From an uncultured delta proteobacterium (GTDB lineage Bacteria > Myxococcota_A > Polyangia > Palsa-1104), in NCBI GenBank assembly GCA_963785725.1, contig CAWAWS010000037.1, positions 1 through 64,000 of the forward strand: a stretch of DNA of 64,000 bases, given 5' to 3'. Below, piece by piece: positions 53,312 through 63,470 of this stretch; positions within the stretch are counted from its first letter, which is position 1; each line of letters opens with the position of its first letter. Made by a program: the position numbers and the translations under genes. The notes under the pieces were generated by a model. The model had not been told where the DNA came from, did not search any database, and worked only from the letters and a program-made list of their open reading frames with translations.

Positions 53312-53314
53312 ACA

Positions 53315-54400
53315 GTGGCGCCGCGTACCGCCATCATCGTCGTCACCTACAACTCCGAGCGCTACCTCGACGACCTCTTCGCCAGCCTGCACGCGCACAC
53401 CGATTTCGCGCACACGCAGCTCGTCGTCGTCGACAACGCGTCGCGCGACGGCACGCTCTTGCGGCTGCAAGCGCACGCCGCCGGCCACGACTTCGTCGAG
53501 CTCTTACCGCAAGCGCATAACTCAGGCTTTACCGGTGGAAACAATATCGGTTTACAGCGCGCCCGCGAGCTCGGCTGCGACTACGCGCTCCTGCTCAATC
53601 CCGACACCGTCGTCACCGACGGCTGGCTAGAGGCGTTGGTGACGCTCATGGACGATCGTCCCGATATCGGCGCCGCGCAGCCGTTATTGATGCTCCACGA
53701 CGATCCCGAGCGCATCAACACCGCCGGCAACGCCATTCACTTCTGCGGCTTCGGCTTCTGCGACAACTACAACAAGCACGTCGACGAATTGGGCCTCGGC
53801 GACGGGCCGCGCTCGGTGCCGTACGCGACCGGCGCCGCGCTCATGCTGCGCCTCGACGCGCTCGATCGCGTGGGCGACTTCGATGACCTCTTGTTCCTCT
53901 ATCACGAGGACTGCGACCTACAGATTCGGCTGCGCCAAGCGGGTTACGAGTGCGTCGTCCTGCCGACCGTGCGCGTGCTGCATAAATACGACGACTCGTT
54001 TTCGCCGGCGAAATACGGCTGGCTCGAGCGCAATCGCTGGATGGTCATGATCAAGGATTGGCCCGGCGACGTCTTGTTGGCGGCGGCGCCGGCGCTCGTC
54101 GGCGTGCAGCTGGCGGTCACGCTCTTCGCCGTGCGCGGCGGTTGGGGCAGCGAGCTGTGGCGCGCCTACCGCGACATCGCGCGCCATCTGCCGGCGCTGT
54201 TGGCGGCGCGCACGCGCGTGCAAGCGGCGCGCACGGCCGACGCCAACGAGGTCGCCTGGTTTTCGGGCGCGCTGCGCTTCGAAGGGCTCGACCATCCCAT
54301 CATCACGCGACTGGCGAATCCGCTGCTGTCGGCCTATTGGCGCGCCGCGCGCCGCGTTTTGCCGTCGGTGCGCGCCGCCGATCGCCGCCGCCAGCCCTAA
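53315..54400 (+). CDS. GT2 glycosyltransferase (rhamnosyltransferase-like)
   Basis: VVTYNS, DNAS, GFTGGNN, LLNPDT, YHEDCD. Confidence 0.9.
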   Translation: MAPRTAIIVVTYNSERYLDDLFASLHAHTDFAHTQLVVVDNASRDGTLLRLQAHAAGHDFVELLPQAHNSGFTGGNNIGLQRARELGCDYALLLNPDTVVTDGWLEALVTLMDDRPDIGAAQPLLMLHDDPERINTAGNAIHFCGFGFCDNYNKHVDELGLGDGPRSVPYATGAALMLRLDALDRVGDFDDLLFLYHEDCDLQIRLRQAGYECVVLPTVRVLHKYDDSFSPAKYGWLERNRWMVMIKDWPGDVLLAAAPALVGVQLAVTLFAVRGGWGSELWRAYRDIARHLPALLAARTRVQAARTADANEVAWFSGALRFEGLDHPIITRLANPLLSAYWRAARRVLPSVRAADRRRQP

Positions 54401-54474
54401 TTCGCGGGCCGCGACGCCTCCCGCGGCTCACGCAAGTCATTGACGCGCGCCCGCCCGCCGGTTCATGTAAGCGC

Positions 54475-55767
54475 ATGATTTTTACGCGCCGCCTGTTGGT
54501 GACGTTGCTGATTCCTGCGCTTTTCTTGGCCGCGCAGCAGTGGCTGCTCTTGCCCGGCCTCGATCACGGGCACTTGAAGGCGCTCTTGGCGCGCGGGACG
54601 AACGGCGATCTGTCGACCCTCAGCGTGCTGTCGGTCGGCCTCTCGCCGGCGCTCACGGCGTTCATCATCGTCGAGTGGGCGGCGCTGTTGATCCCGCCGT
54701 GGCGCGCGCTGCGCCGCGGCACGCCGGCCCAGCGGCAGTCGCTCGAGCGCGCCGCGCTCGTCGGCACCTTCCTGGTCGCGATCGCGCTGTCCTGGTTTCG
54801 GGCGGTCTCTTTCACGACGCTGAGCGGGACGGCGCCGCTGTTCCCCGACACGACGCTGGCGCGCCTCGTCATCACCGTGAGCCTCGTCGCCGGCACCGGC
54901 GTCGTGCTCGTGCTCGCGTCGGTGATCGATCGCTTCGGCCTCGGTCGCGGCTTCTCGATCTTGCTCGTGACGCCCATCGTCGTGACGGCGGTGCGGCTGG
55001 CGAAGGTCGCACCCCTCTTGCCGTCGGGCGATTTGGTGTGGCTGGCGGCCGAAGTCGCCGCCGTCGTCGCCGCCGCGCGCTTCGCCCTCACCGCGCACCG
55101 CCGCGCCGCGACGACGTCGGCGCGCCTGCGCCTGCCGACGAGCGGCCTCTTGCCGCTCAGCGTCGCCACCGCCGGGCTGGCGCTCGTCTCCAAATACCTC
55201 ATCACCGTTCCCGACTCGGGCACCGTCGCGCACGCCGGCATCTCGACGCTCGTCATCGTCACCGTCGCCGTCGTCGTCACGCGCCTCTATTTCCCGACGG
55301 CGAAGCTGCGCGACGTGTGGCGCCGCGCCGACCCGAGCCTGGCCACCGACGACTTCGCCCTGACGCTGCGCGCGGCGCTCATCAAGACGGTGGTGTTCCT
55401 GCTCGTCGTCGGCATCGGCTTCTCACTGCTCGCGCATTCGCTGCATCTGGCCGCCGTCATCGATCCCCTGCTCGTCGTGGCGACGACGGCGGTGGCGCTC
55501 GATCTCGTCGCCGAAGCGCGCGCCCGTCGCGCGCACGGCGAGCTGGTCGCGGTCTGGTCGCTGCATCAGCTGGCGCTCCTCGACGCGGCCACGACGGCGC
55601 TCGATCGCGCCGCCATTCCCGTGCACGCGCGGGCCGCGCACCATCGCGCGCTCTTGTGGTTCTTCGGACCGTATATTCCCGTCGAGCTGATGGTGCCGCC
55701 GGCGCGCGCCGCCGAAGCCCGCGACCTCCTCGCGACCGTGCTGCTGGACCCGCCGTTCGTGCGCTGA
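54475..55767 (+). CDS. SecY-like membrane protein (divergent paralogue) with C-terminal soluble domain
   Basis: LPGLD, SVLSVGLSPALTAFIIVE, IDRFGLGRGFSIL resemble motifs in the N-terminal half of SecY. Confidence 0.65.
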   Translation: MIFTRRLLVTLLIPALFLAAQQWLLLPGLDHGHLKALLARGTNGDLSTLSVLSVGLSPALTAFIIVEWAALLIPPWRALRRGTPAQRQSLERAALVGTFLVAIALSWFRAVSFTTLSGTAPLFPDTTLARLVITVSLVAGTGVVLVLASVIDRFGLGRGFSILLVTPIVVTAVRLAKVAPLLPSGDLVWLAAEVAAVVAAARFALTAHRRAATTSARLRLPTSGLLPLSVATAGLALVSKYLITVPDSGTVAHAGISTLVIVTVAVVVTRLYFPTAKLRDVWRRADPSLATDDFALTLRAALIKTVVFLLVVGIGFSLLAHSLHLAAVIDPLLVVATTAVALDLVAEARARRAHGELVAVWSLHQLALLDAATTALDRAAIPVHARAAHHRALLWFFGPYIPVELMVPPARAAEARDLLATVLLDPPFVR

Positions 55768-55780
55768 CTCACGCACCAGG

Positions 55781-55990
55781 GCCTGCAAAGGCAGCCAGCT
55801 CGGCTTCGGCTACTTCTGCACGACCGGCGCGACCAATACGACCTATTGCACGACGACGATGTTGTATACGGAAATGCAGGCGGCCAATCTGGCGTCGAGC
55901 CTACAAGCGGCCGGCGCCAGTGGACAGAAAGTCACACTGTATGCAGGAAGCGGTCAGGCGGGAAAATGGATCGAATTCTCGCAGCCGTAA
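55781..55990 (+). pseudogene. Orphan C-terminal gene fragment (69 codons plus TAA)
   Basis: Open frame ACKGSQLGFGYFCTTGATNTTYC...GKWIEFSQP*, no start or SD at the 5' end. Confidence 0.4.
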
Positions 55991-55996
55991 TCGATA

Positions 55997-58165
55997 TCAG
56001 CTGGCTTTGATGTTCTGAAAGTCGATCCCCAGCTTCGAGACCGTCGCCAAGCGCTTACCGGTTCGCACCATGTCGACATTCTCGACGAACTCGACGGCGA
56101 TATTCATGTCGCTGCCGAGAAACTGGTGCAAGACGCCGACGACCTGCTGCAACGTCTCGTCACTGAAGCGCTTGCCTTTGACGACCTTGAACGTAATCGC
56201 GCCGCGATCGGTCTGCACGATCTGGAACTGCCGAATGGCGTGATCGTAGTCCTTCAACAAATGCGCGAAGAAGGTGCCCGGCACATATTGGCCTTTGGAG
56301 CCAATGATGATCGATTGCACGCGGCCTTCGATGCGCCCGATGCGCGGCAAGCCGCGGCCGCAGCCGCACATTTCGTTGCTGTCGACCGCTTCCGCCAAGT
56401 CGCCGATGCGATAACGAATGAACGGCAAACAATAGTTATTCAAGTCGGTGACGACGACTTCGCCGATCTCGCCCGGCGCCGCCGGCTTTCCATCTTTCAA
56501 TATCTCGACGATATAGCCTTCGCCGACGACGTGATGACCCATGTGCGCTTCGCATTCGTAGGCGATGCCGGAGAACTCGCGCGAGCCATACTTGTCGAAC
56601 ACTTTGCAGCCGAACGCTTCCTCGATCATCTTGCGACTGCCGTCCGGCAACGTCTGCGCCGAGGAGATGATCCCTTTAGGCTTGATCGCCATCTTGCCTT
56701 TGTCTTGTAGATAGCGCGCCAAGAAGTTGAACGACTCGGCATAGCCATCGAGCAAAACCGGCCCGTATTTCTCGATGTCTTTGACGAACTGCCGCAGCGT
56801 ATCGTCGCTCATTTCGTAAGCGGGAATGAACTTACGCCGCGACAGCGCCGCGTCGGCAAACTCGCGCGCCACCTGCGTCTTCGACATGCCCAGCGTCTGA
56901 TGCCACAAGCGCAGCTGCCGATCGCCGAAGCGCCAACCGGTCCACTCCATCGAACGCAGCGTCGCCGCCCAACGAAACTCCAGCTGCGCGCGATCGACGA
57001 AACAGACGAACGGCTCGCCCGTCGAGCCCGACGTCGTGACCTTGAGGATCTCCGCCTTGTCGTGATTGTCGCTCATGATGTCGAAATAGAGGTGCTTGCG
57101 CACGTCGTCTTTCGTCAGCATGGGCAGCTTCTGCAGATCATCGAGCGACTGCACGTCATCGGGCGTCAATCCCAATTGACGCATGCGATCGCGGTAATAA
57201 GGAACGTGCCGATAAGCGTGAATGATCATCTTACGCAGCTTGTTCAGCTGCAATTCACGCATCTTCTCCAGCGACAGCCACTGCGATTCCTTCAAGTCGG
57301 TCAATTGATCGCCGACCTGCTTCGTCATCATCCAATGCGTAATGCCGAACAGCTGCAAATAGCCGTTCCAATACAGACGCCGCCCAATCGACTGCGGCGC
57401 GTCGCGCACCAACGGCCGCTCGCGATCGAGGAACGTCCTCAGCGTCGACGGCGATTGCGGGCGAAATCGATACTCCAGCACCGCCTTGCCGATATCGACG
57501 AAGCTGCGCGCCACCGCTTTCAACTGCCCGTTGTCGAGGAACGACTTACCGGCGCGGCGATTCTCGAACAGCGTCTCGATCTGCTTATACGTGTAACCTT
57601 TGGCGTGCGCCGCCACCATGATGAACGACTGCCAATAGTTGTAGTGACCGCGATAAGAGAGCAAATCCTCCATCACCTCGCGCGCGCACAAGATGAAGCC
57701 CGATTTGTTGTCCTTTAGATTCATCCCGAACGCCGTGTTCAACATGGCGTTCAGCCCGCGCGAATAATAGAAGCGCGGCCCTTTGTCGCGCCCGACCGGC
57801 GAGCGCCAGCCCTGCACGATGTCGACGTTCGACACTTCCATCTCGCGCCGCAGCCGCAAGATGTCCTCCGGCTGATATTGCAGATCGGCGTCCAAGATCG
57901 ACACCAGCCGCCCGCGCGCCGCGGCGACGCCCGTCTTCCAGCCGGCGGCGATGCCGCGATTCTCCGCGTGCCGCCGTCCGACGACGTACGGATGCTGCCG
58001 CGCCGCCGCCTCGATCGCCGCCCACGTGCCGTCGCTCGAGCCGTCGTCGACGAGGATGAGCTCGCCGTCGATGCCGGAGACGCTGAAGACGTCGCCGACG
58101 CGCGACACGAGCTCGGGAACATTGGCCTCTTCGTTGAGGCAGGGGACGATGACCGACAACTCCAT
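55997..58165 (-). CDS. GT2 (DPM/GtrB-like) fused to a CapK/phenylacetate-CoA ligase-like domain
   Basis: SVIVPCLNEE, DADLQY; TSGSTGEP, YGSRE, PFIRYRIGD, IEGR. Confidence 0.9.
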   Translation of the reverse strand: MELSVIVPCLNEEANVPELVSRVGDVFSVSGIDGELILVDDGSSDGTWAAIEAAARQHPYVVGRRHAENRGIAAGWKTGVAAARGRLVSILDADLQYQPEDILRLRREMEVSNVDIVQGWRSPVGRDKGPRFYYSRGLNAMLNTAFGMNLKDNKSGFILCAREVMEDLLSYRGHYNYWQSFIMVAAHAKGYTYKQIETLFENRRAGKSFLDNGQLKAVARSFVDIGKAVLEYRFRPQSPSTLRTFLDRERPLVRDAPQSIGRRLYWNGYLQLFGITHWMMTKQVGDQLTDLKESQWLSLEKMRELQLNKLRKMIIHAYRHVPYYRDRMRQLGLTPDDVQSLDDLQKLPMLTKDDVRKHLYFDIMSDNHDKAEILKVTTSGSTGEPFVCFVDRAQLEFRWAATLRSMEWTGWRFGDRQLRLWHQTLGMSKTQVAREFADAALSRRKFIPAYEMSDDTLRQFVKDIEKYGPVLLDGYAESFNFLARYLQDKGKMAIKPKGIISSAQTLPDGSRKMIEEAFGCKVFDKYGSREFSGIAYECEAHMGHHVVGEGYIVEILKDGKPAAPGEIGEVVVTDLNNYCLPFIRYRIGDLAEAVDSNEMCGCGRGLPRIGRIEGRVQSIIIGSKGQYVPGTFFAHLLKDYDHAIRQFQIVQTDRGAITFKVVKGKRFSDETLQQVVGVLHQFLGSDMNIAVEFVENVDMVRTGKRLATVSKLGIDFQNIKAS

Positions 58166-58238
58166 GGCCGGGAACTCTAGCAGATCAGCGACGGTCGCAC
58201 GATGCCAGGCGACGCTCGTGGTAGGCTGCGCCCGCCGC

Positions 58239-59507
58239 ATGAACGCCCGCGCCCGCCGACTCGCGCTGAGCCTGTATGCCGTCGTCGGCACGGCGCTGAT
58301 GGTGCTGCTGCTGTCGCACGCGATCCCGGCGACGCGCGCCGCCTTCGCCGACTATCCCTACGACGGCAAAGTCGACTGGCTCGCGGCCCGCGCCTTCTGG
58401 GACGGCCGCAATCCCTACTCGCCCGAGGAGCTCCAGCGCACCAAGCTCGACGGCCTGGGCCATCCGCCGACGACCTCGTTCTGGTGGCTGCCGCTGGCGC
58501 ACCTCAAGCTGTCGCAGATCAGCCCCGTCGTCGGCGCGCTCATCGCGCTGGCGCTCTTGACGACGTATCTCATGCTCGCGCACGAGCTCGCCTGGCCGCT
58601 GTGGCCGCTGTCGGCGCTGCTCCTCTTCGCCGCCGTCACGTCGCGCGGCTGGATGACCTACCACTTCAGCATCGTCCAAATCTCCGGCTTCCTCGGGCTG
58701 CTCTATTTCCTCGCCTGGATGGCGCTGCGCCGCGGCTACGACGTCGCCGCCGGCGTCCTCTTCGGCTGCGCCTGCACCATCAAGCTGTTCCCCGGCCTCA
58801 TGGTCCTCATGCTGCTGCTCGCCCGTCGCTGGCGCGCGGTCGCTGCCGCGGTCGCCGTCTACCTCGCCGTCGCCGCCGTCATGACCGCGCGCTTCGGCGC
58901 CGTCGCCTGGTGGCAATACGTCGGCAGCGAGAAGGCCATCACCGACTACTGGATCGGCAGCGTCCACAACGCCAGCCTCTACGGCGTCATCTTGCGCGTG
59001 CTCGTCCCCGCCTGCCACGGCAGCATCGCGTCGCAGCCGACCTGCACCGCCATCGCCCTCGTCCTGACCGCCGTCCTCACCTACATCGCCTGGGGATTGA
59101 GCCGTCGCGCGCTCGCCGAAGGCCGCGTCGACCTGCCGTTCGCGCTCTTCGCCATCGTCAGCGTCTTCGCCAATCCCTTCACCTTCGAGCACTACTTCGC
59201 GCTGCTCGTCTTTCCGCTCGCGCTCGTCGCCACGGCCGCCGTCGGCGCCGCCCGGCTCGGCATGCCGCGGCGCGAAGTCGCCGGCGTGGCCGCGCTCCTC
59301 ACCGTCGCCGCCGGCCTTCTGTGCATCGACTTTCACTACACCGACACGCTGACCTGGCAGTCGCATCGCTTGAAACACGCGCTCGAGCTGGCCAACTGGG
59401 TGCACATGCCGCTCGTGTTCATCGCCGCCGCGTCGCTGCTCGTGTGGAGTGAGCGCAAGGGCGGCGTGGCGCTGGTGCCGCAAATCGACAAAGGGAACGC
59501 GACGTGA
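58239..59507 (+). CDS. GT87 (DUF2029) GT-C glycosyltransferase
   Basis: DGRNPY, HPPT, IKLFP, HNASL, FEHY. Confidence 0.85.
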   Translation: MNARARRLALSLYAVVGTALMVLLLSHAIPATRAAFADYPYDGKVDWLAARAFWDGRNPYSPEELQRTKLDGLGHPPTTSFWWLPLAHLKLSQISPVVGALIALALLTTYLMLAHELAWPLWPLSALLLFAAVTSRGWMTYHFSIVQISGFLGLLYFLAWMALRRGYDVAAGVLFGCACTIKLFPGLMVLMLLLARRWRAVAAAVAVYLAVAAVMTARFGAVAWWQYVGSEKAITDYWIGSVHNASLYGVILRVLVPACHGSIASQPTCTAIALVLTAVLTYIAWGLSRRALAEGRVDLPFALFAIVSVFANPFTFEHYFALLVFPLALVATAAVGAARLGMPRREVAGVAALLTVAAGLLCIDFHYTDTLTWQSHRLKHALELANWVHMPLVFIAAASLLVWSERKGGVALVPQIDKGNAT

Positions 59508-60151
59508 ACGAACCGGCTTACGACCTCGTCATCTTCGATCTCGACGGCACGCTCATCGACTCCATCGGCGACATCGCCGACGCGCTGGCCACGACGCTCG
59601 GCAAGGAGCTGCGCGACGCCGACGTCGCCCGTTGGGTCGGCGGCGGCGTGCACGAGCTCTTGCGCCGCGCGGGCGCCGAAGGCGACCTCGACGACATCGG
59701 GCGCCGCTATCGCGCGCAGTACGCCCAGGAGCCGGTGCGGCACACGCGGCCCTACTTGCGCGTCAAAGAGTCGTTGCGCGCGCTCACCGTCGACAAAGCC
59801 GTCGCCACCAACAAGCCGGGCGGGTTGGCGCGCACCATCGTCGACAAGCTCGGCCTGGCGCCCGAATTCGCCCTGGTGCTCGGCGAGGATGACGTCGGGC
59901 AAAAGAAGCCCGATCCGCTCATCGTCGACGTCATCCGCGGCAAGCTCGGCCGCGAGCGGGCGCGCACGCTCTTCGTCGGCGACAGCCTGGTCGACGCCGC
60001 CACCGCCGACGCCGCCGGCGTCGACTTGTGCCTCGTCACCTACGGCTACGAAGACCCCGCGCGCATCGCCGCCGCGCCCGCCAAGTTCCACATCGACCGC
60101 TTCGAGGACATCGTGGCGATCGTCAATGGCGTCGGCGGCGGCGCTAAGTAA
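59504..60151 (+). CDS. gph: HAD hydrolase, phosphoglycolate phosphatase-like
   Basis: FDLDGTLIDS, ATNKP, KKPDP, VGDS. Confidence 0.85.
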   Translation: MNEPAYDLVIFDLDGTLIDSIGDIADALATTLGKELRDADVARWVGGGVHELLRRAGAEGDLDDIGRRYRAQYAQEPVRHTRPYLRVKESLRALTVDKAVATNKPGGLARTIVDKLGLAPEFALVLGEDDVGQKKPDPLIVDVIRGKLGRERARTLFVGDSLVDAATADAAGVDLCLVTYGYEDPARIAAAPAKFHIDRFEDIVAIVNGVGGGAK

Positions 60152-60159
60152 ACAGTCGG

Positions 60160-61536
60160 TTACTTCTCCAGCTCCTGCACGATCGCCCGCAAGTAGCGCA
60201 CGCCCAGCGGAAACGAGGCCGCCGGCGCCGCTTCGTCCGGGCCGTGCGCCGTGCGTGTCAGCTCCTCCGGCTTGGCCAGGAGGCCGACGCCGTAGCTCTG
60301 AATGCCCACCTGCCGTAGGAAGCGCGAATCGGAGGCGCCGAGGCCGACGCGCGCCGCCACCGACACGTCGCTGCCGAAGACCGAGCGCGCCGCCCGCTCG
60401 ACGGCATCGCGCACCGGCCCGCGCACCGGCACTTCGGGCCCGACGCCGACGTCCGGCACCAGCTCGACGTCGGCCAGTCCCGCCACCAGCTGCTTCAGCG
60501 TGTCTTGCACCTGGCTCACCTTGTCGACGGGCAGGATGCGGCAGTTCACCGTCGCCCGCGCCTCGACCGGGAGCGCGTTGTCGCGCGTGCCGCCGGACAA
60601 GAGCGTGGCCACGCAGGTCGTGCGCATGGTCGCGCGCAGCGGCGGATAGGCGTCCATCGTCGCCAAGAGCGCGGGCGCGATGGTGTCGCCGGCGCTGTCG
60701 GCCGCGGCGCGCATGGCGCGAGCGCGCGCCTCCGGCTGCGCCGTCGCCATGGCGCGCAAGCTCTCGCGAATGACCGGCGACAGCCGCGTCGGAAACGCAT
60801 ACGCCGCCAGCTTGTCCAGCGCGCGCGACAGGCGATAGATCGCGTTCTCGTCGTTCGGCACCGACGAGTGGCCGCCCACGCCGTGCGCCACGAACACGAA
60901 GTCCTGAAACGTCTTCTCCGCCGTTCCCAAGTTGACGAGCCGCGCCTTGCCCGTCGAATCGAGGACGATGCCGCCGCCTTCGTTGAGCGCGTACTCCGCC
61001 TCGCCGAACAGATCGCGCCGGTGCTTGAGCAGATATTGAATGCCGGCGCCGCCCGACTCCTCGTCGCCGGTGAGCATCAAGATGACGTCGCGATGCAGCG
61101 GCGCGTGCGTGCGCGCCAGCTCCAAATAGAGCGCCGTGGCGATGGCCGCCCACGATTTGTCGTCGGTGACGCCGCGACCGTAGAGCCAGCCGTCCTTCTC
61201 GGTGACGGCAAAGGGCGGCATCGTCCACGGCTGCCCGGCCGCGCCCACCACGTCGAGGTGCGCCAGCAGGATCAGCGGCCGCTTCGTGCCGTCGCCGTGC
61301 AGCCGCGCCACCAGGTTCGCGCGCCCGGGCGCGAACTCGACGAGCGTCGACTGCAACCCGGCGTCGCGCAGCAGCTTGGCGATGACGACCGCCGGCTGCG
61401 CCTCGTTTCCGGGCGGATTCGACGTGTCGATGGCGACCAGCTCGTCCATGAGCCGGCGCGCCTGCATCTCGGTGGATTCGCCGGCGTGCAGCGCGCTCGA
61501 ACACGCGAGCACGATAAGGAGGGTCGCCGCTTTCAT
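60160..61536 (-). CDS. Secreted M20/M25/M40 metallopeptidase
   Basis: Signal peptide, AHLDVV, GRGVTDDK, GDEE, NEGG, AHGPDE. Confidence 0.9.
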   Translation of the reverse strand: MKAATLLIVLACSSALHAGESTEMQARRLMDELVAIDTSNPPGNEAQPAVVIAKLLRDAGLQSTLVEFAPGRANLVARLHGDGTKRPLILLAHLDVVGAAGQPWTMPPFAVTEKDGWLYGRGVTDDKSWAAIATALYLELARTHAPLHRDVILMLTGDEESGGAGIQYLLKHRRDLFGEAEYALNEGGGIVLDSTGKARLVNLGTAEKTFQDFVFVAHGVGGHSSVPNDENAIYRLSRALDKLAAYAFPTRLSPVIRESLRAMATAQPEARARAMRAAADSAGDTIAPALLATMDAYPPLRATMRTTCVATLLSGGTRDNALPVEARATVNCRILPVDKVSQVQDTLKQLVAGLADVELVPDVGVGPEVPVRGPVRDAVERAARSVFGSDVSVAARVGLGASDSRFLRQVGIQSYGVGLLAKPEELTRTAHGPDEAAPAASFPLGVRYLRAIVQELEK

Positions 61537-61611
61537 GTGCGGCGAACGTACTACGACTTGCGGGCCGGCGTGCGATTCGGCGTGACCGCCGCGCGGCGCC
61601 CGAGTGGGCGC

Positions 61612-62124
61612 TTAGGCCGCCAGCGCTTCCTGCAGCTCGCGCTTGAGGTGCGCCCGCGCCCGATAGGCCCGCGTCTTGACCGTGGCCACGTTGAGCGACA
61701 GCTTGCGCGCGATCTCCGACTCGGAGTAGCCCTCGACGAAGCGCATCGCGAAGATCTGCCCGTACTTGTCGCCCAAGCGCGCCAGCCGATCGCCCGCGAT
61801 CTGCACCGCCTCCGACGACGCCCACTGCTCTTCGGGCGTCGCCTCTTCGCCGCGCGGCTCGTCCGCGTCGGTCTCCTCGGCGTCGATCGATTGCAGCTGC
61901 GGCACGCGACGATCTTTGCGCAGATGCATCAAAGCAGTCGTGGCCGCGATGCGATATAGCCAGGTCGTGAAGCGCGAGTCGCCGCGAAAGCTCGCGCGAT
62001 GGCGATACGCCAGCAGGAGCGCATCCTGCGTCACGTCGTGCGCCTTCTCTTCGTCTTTCATGTACTTCATGGCGACGCCGTAAACGAACTCGCGCTCTTT
62101 GGCGGTGAACCGCAGCGTATCCAT
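61612..62124 (-). CDS. ECF RNA polymerase sigma factor
   Basis: DVTQDA, FTTWLYRIA, YSESEIA, TVKTRAYRAR; SD before ATG 62124. Confidence 0.92.
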   Translation of the reverse strand: MDTLRFTAKEREFVYGVAMKYMKDEEKAHDVTQDALLLAYRHRASFRGDSRFTTWLYRIAATTALMHLRKDRRVPQLQSIDAEETDADEPRGEEATPEEQWASSEAVQIAGDRLARLGDKYGQIFAMRFVEGYSESEIARKLSLNVATVKTRAYRARAHLKRELQEALAA

Positions 62125-62153
62125 CGTTTTCACCCCTTTTGTAATTTTCGTTT

Positions 62154-62169
62154 TGCACCGCTAGTGCCA
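62154..62169 (-). promoter_or_regulatory. Sigma54 promoter of the ECF sigma gene
   Basis: TGGCACTAGCGGTGCA on minus strand. Confidence 0.7.
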
Positions 62170-62220
62170 GTGAGCGCATCGAACGATCACCAAGGCTTAG
62201 GTCCGCGTCGGGGGGATGGC

Positions 62221-62270
62221 TGTCCAACGAATTAGACATTTCGGCGTCTCGCTGGACGGACCTGTCCAGC
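62221..62270. promoter_or_regulatory. Two palindromes, candidate enhancer-binding-protein sites
   Basis: TGTC-N10-GACA (62221-62238) and GCTGGAC-N6-GTCCAGC (62251-62270). Confidence 0.45.
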
Positions 62271-62288
62271 GGGAGTAACGTCGGGCGC

Positions 62289-63425
62289 ATGGCGGCGCCC
62301 GCGGTCTACGTCGTCGACGACGACACGCTCGTGACCGAAAGCCTGTCGCGCGCGCTGGCGCTCGAGACCGATTGGCGCGTGCTCGCATTCAACGACGGCG
62401 CCAACGCGCTGGCCGCCATGCCGCGCATGCCGCCCGACGCCGTCTTGTCCGACTTCAAGATGCCGGGCATGGACGGTCTCGTCTTTCTCGGCCGCGTACG
62501 TGCGCAGTTTCCCGACACGGTGCTGATGCTGCTGACGGGTTACGCCGACAAAGAGAGCGCCATCCGCGCCATCAACGAAGTCGGCATCTGGCAGTACGTC
62601 GAGAAGCCGTGGGACTTGGGCGATCTGATCGTGAAGATCCGCCAAGGCCTCGAGCGACGGGCGTTGGTGGGCGAGCTGCGGCACAAGAATTCGACGCTGG
62701 AGTCGCGGCTCGACGAGCTCGAGCGCGCGCACGACGAGCTGGTGCGCGCCGAGCGGATGGCGGCGGTCGGGCGCGTGGCGTCGGGGCTGGCGCACGAGAT
62801 CGGCAACCAGCTGGCGCTCGTCGGTTACGCCGAGGCCATTCGCGAGCGCGTCGTCGATCCCGAGGTCGCCAACTTCGCCGACGTCATCGTCGCCGCGCAG
62901 CGCCGGCTGGCCGCGCTCGTCGACGAAATCAAAGACTTCGCGCGCGGCGCCGCCGCCGGCTACCACCGCGAGCCGGGCGATGTCGCGGCCGCCGTCGAAG
63001 AGGCGCTCGGCATCCTGCGCTTCGACGCCGACGTCAAGGCCCATCGCCTCAATGTGCAGCTGATCCGCCGGCCGCTCGGGCTCATTCATCGCGGCAAGAT
63101 CACGCAGGTCATCGTCAACCTCGTGCGCAACGCGGCGCAGGCGTCGCCCCTCGGCGCCGAGGTCGACGTCATCGTCGATGAAGACGCGAGCGGCAGCGCC
63201 GTCATTCGCGTGCTCGATCGCGGGCACGGCATGGAGCCGCACGTCGTGGCGCGCTTGGGCGAGCCGTTCTTCACGACCAAGGAGCGCGGCAGCGGCCTCG
63301 GGCTCGGCATCAGCCGCCGCGTCGTCGACGAGCACCGCGGCAGCCTCGAGATCCGCTCGGCGCCCGGCAGCGGCACCGAAGTCGTCGTCACCTTGCCGCC
63401 GCTGGACGACGAAGGCGTCGAGTGA
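62289..63425 (+). CDS. Hybrid REC-histidine kinase (cytoplasmic)
   Basis: VVDDD, SDFKMPGMDG, AHEIGN, NLVRNA, DRGHG, FFTTK, GLGL. Confidence 0.93.
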   Translation: MAAPAVYVVDDDTLVTESLSRALALETDWRVLAFNDGANALAAMPRMPPDAVLSDFKMPGMDGLVFLGRVRAQFPDTVLMLLTGYADKESAIRAINEVGIWQYVEKPWDLGDLIVKIRQGLERRALVGELRHKNSTLESRLDELERAHDELVRAERMAAVGRVASGLAHEIGNQLALVGYAEAIRERVVDPEVANFADVIVAAQRRLAALVDEIKDFARGAAAGYHREPGDVAAAVEEALGILRFDADVKAHRLNVQLIRRPLGLIHRGKITQVIVNLVRNAAQASPLGAEVDVIVDEDASGSAVIRVLDRGHGMEPHVVARLGEPFFTTKERGSGLGLGISRRVVDEHRGSLEIRSAPGSGTEVVVTLPPLDDEGVE

Positions 63426-63470
63426 GCGCGCGAACGTGAGCGAAGCCCGTAGGGCCCGGATGGCAGCGCG

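Noticed and set aside
60146..60165. AAGTAAAC...GTTACTT resembling the 43651 palindrome as a repeat family
   Set aside because: Explained by both convergent genes ending in AAG TAA
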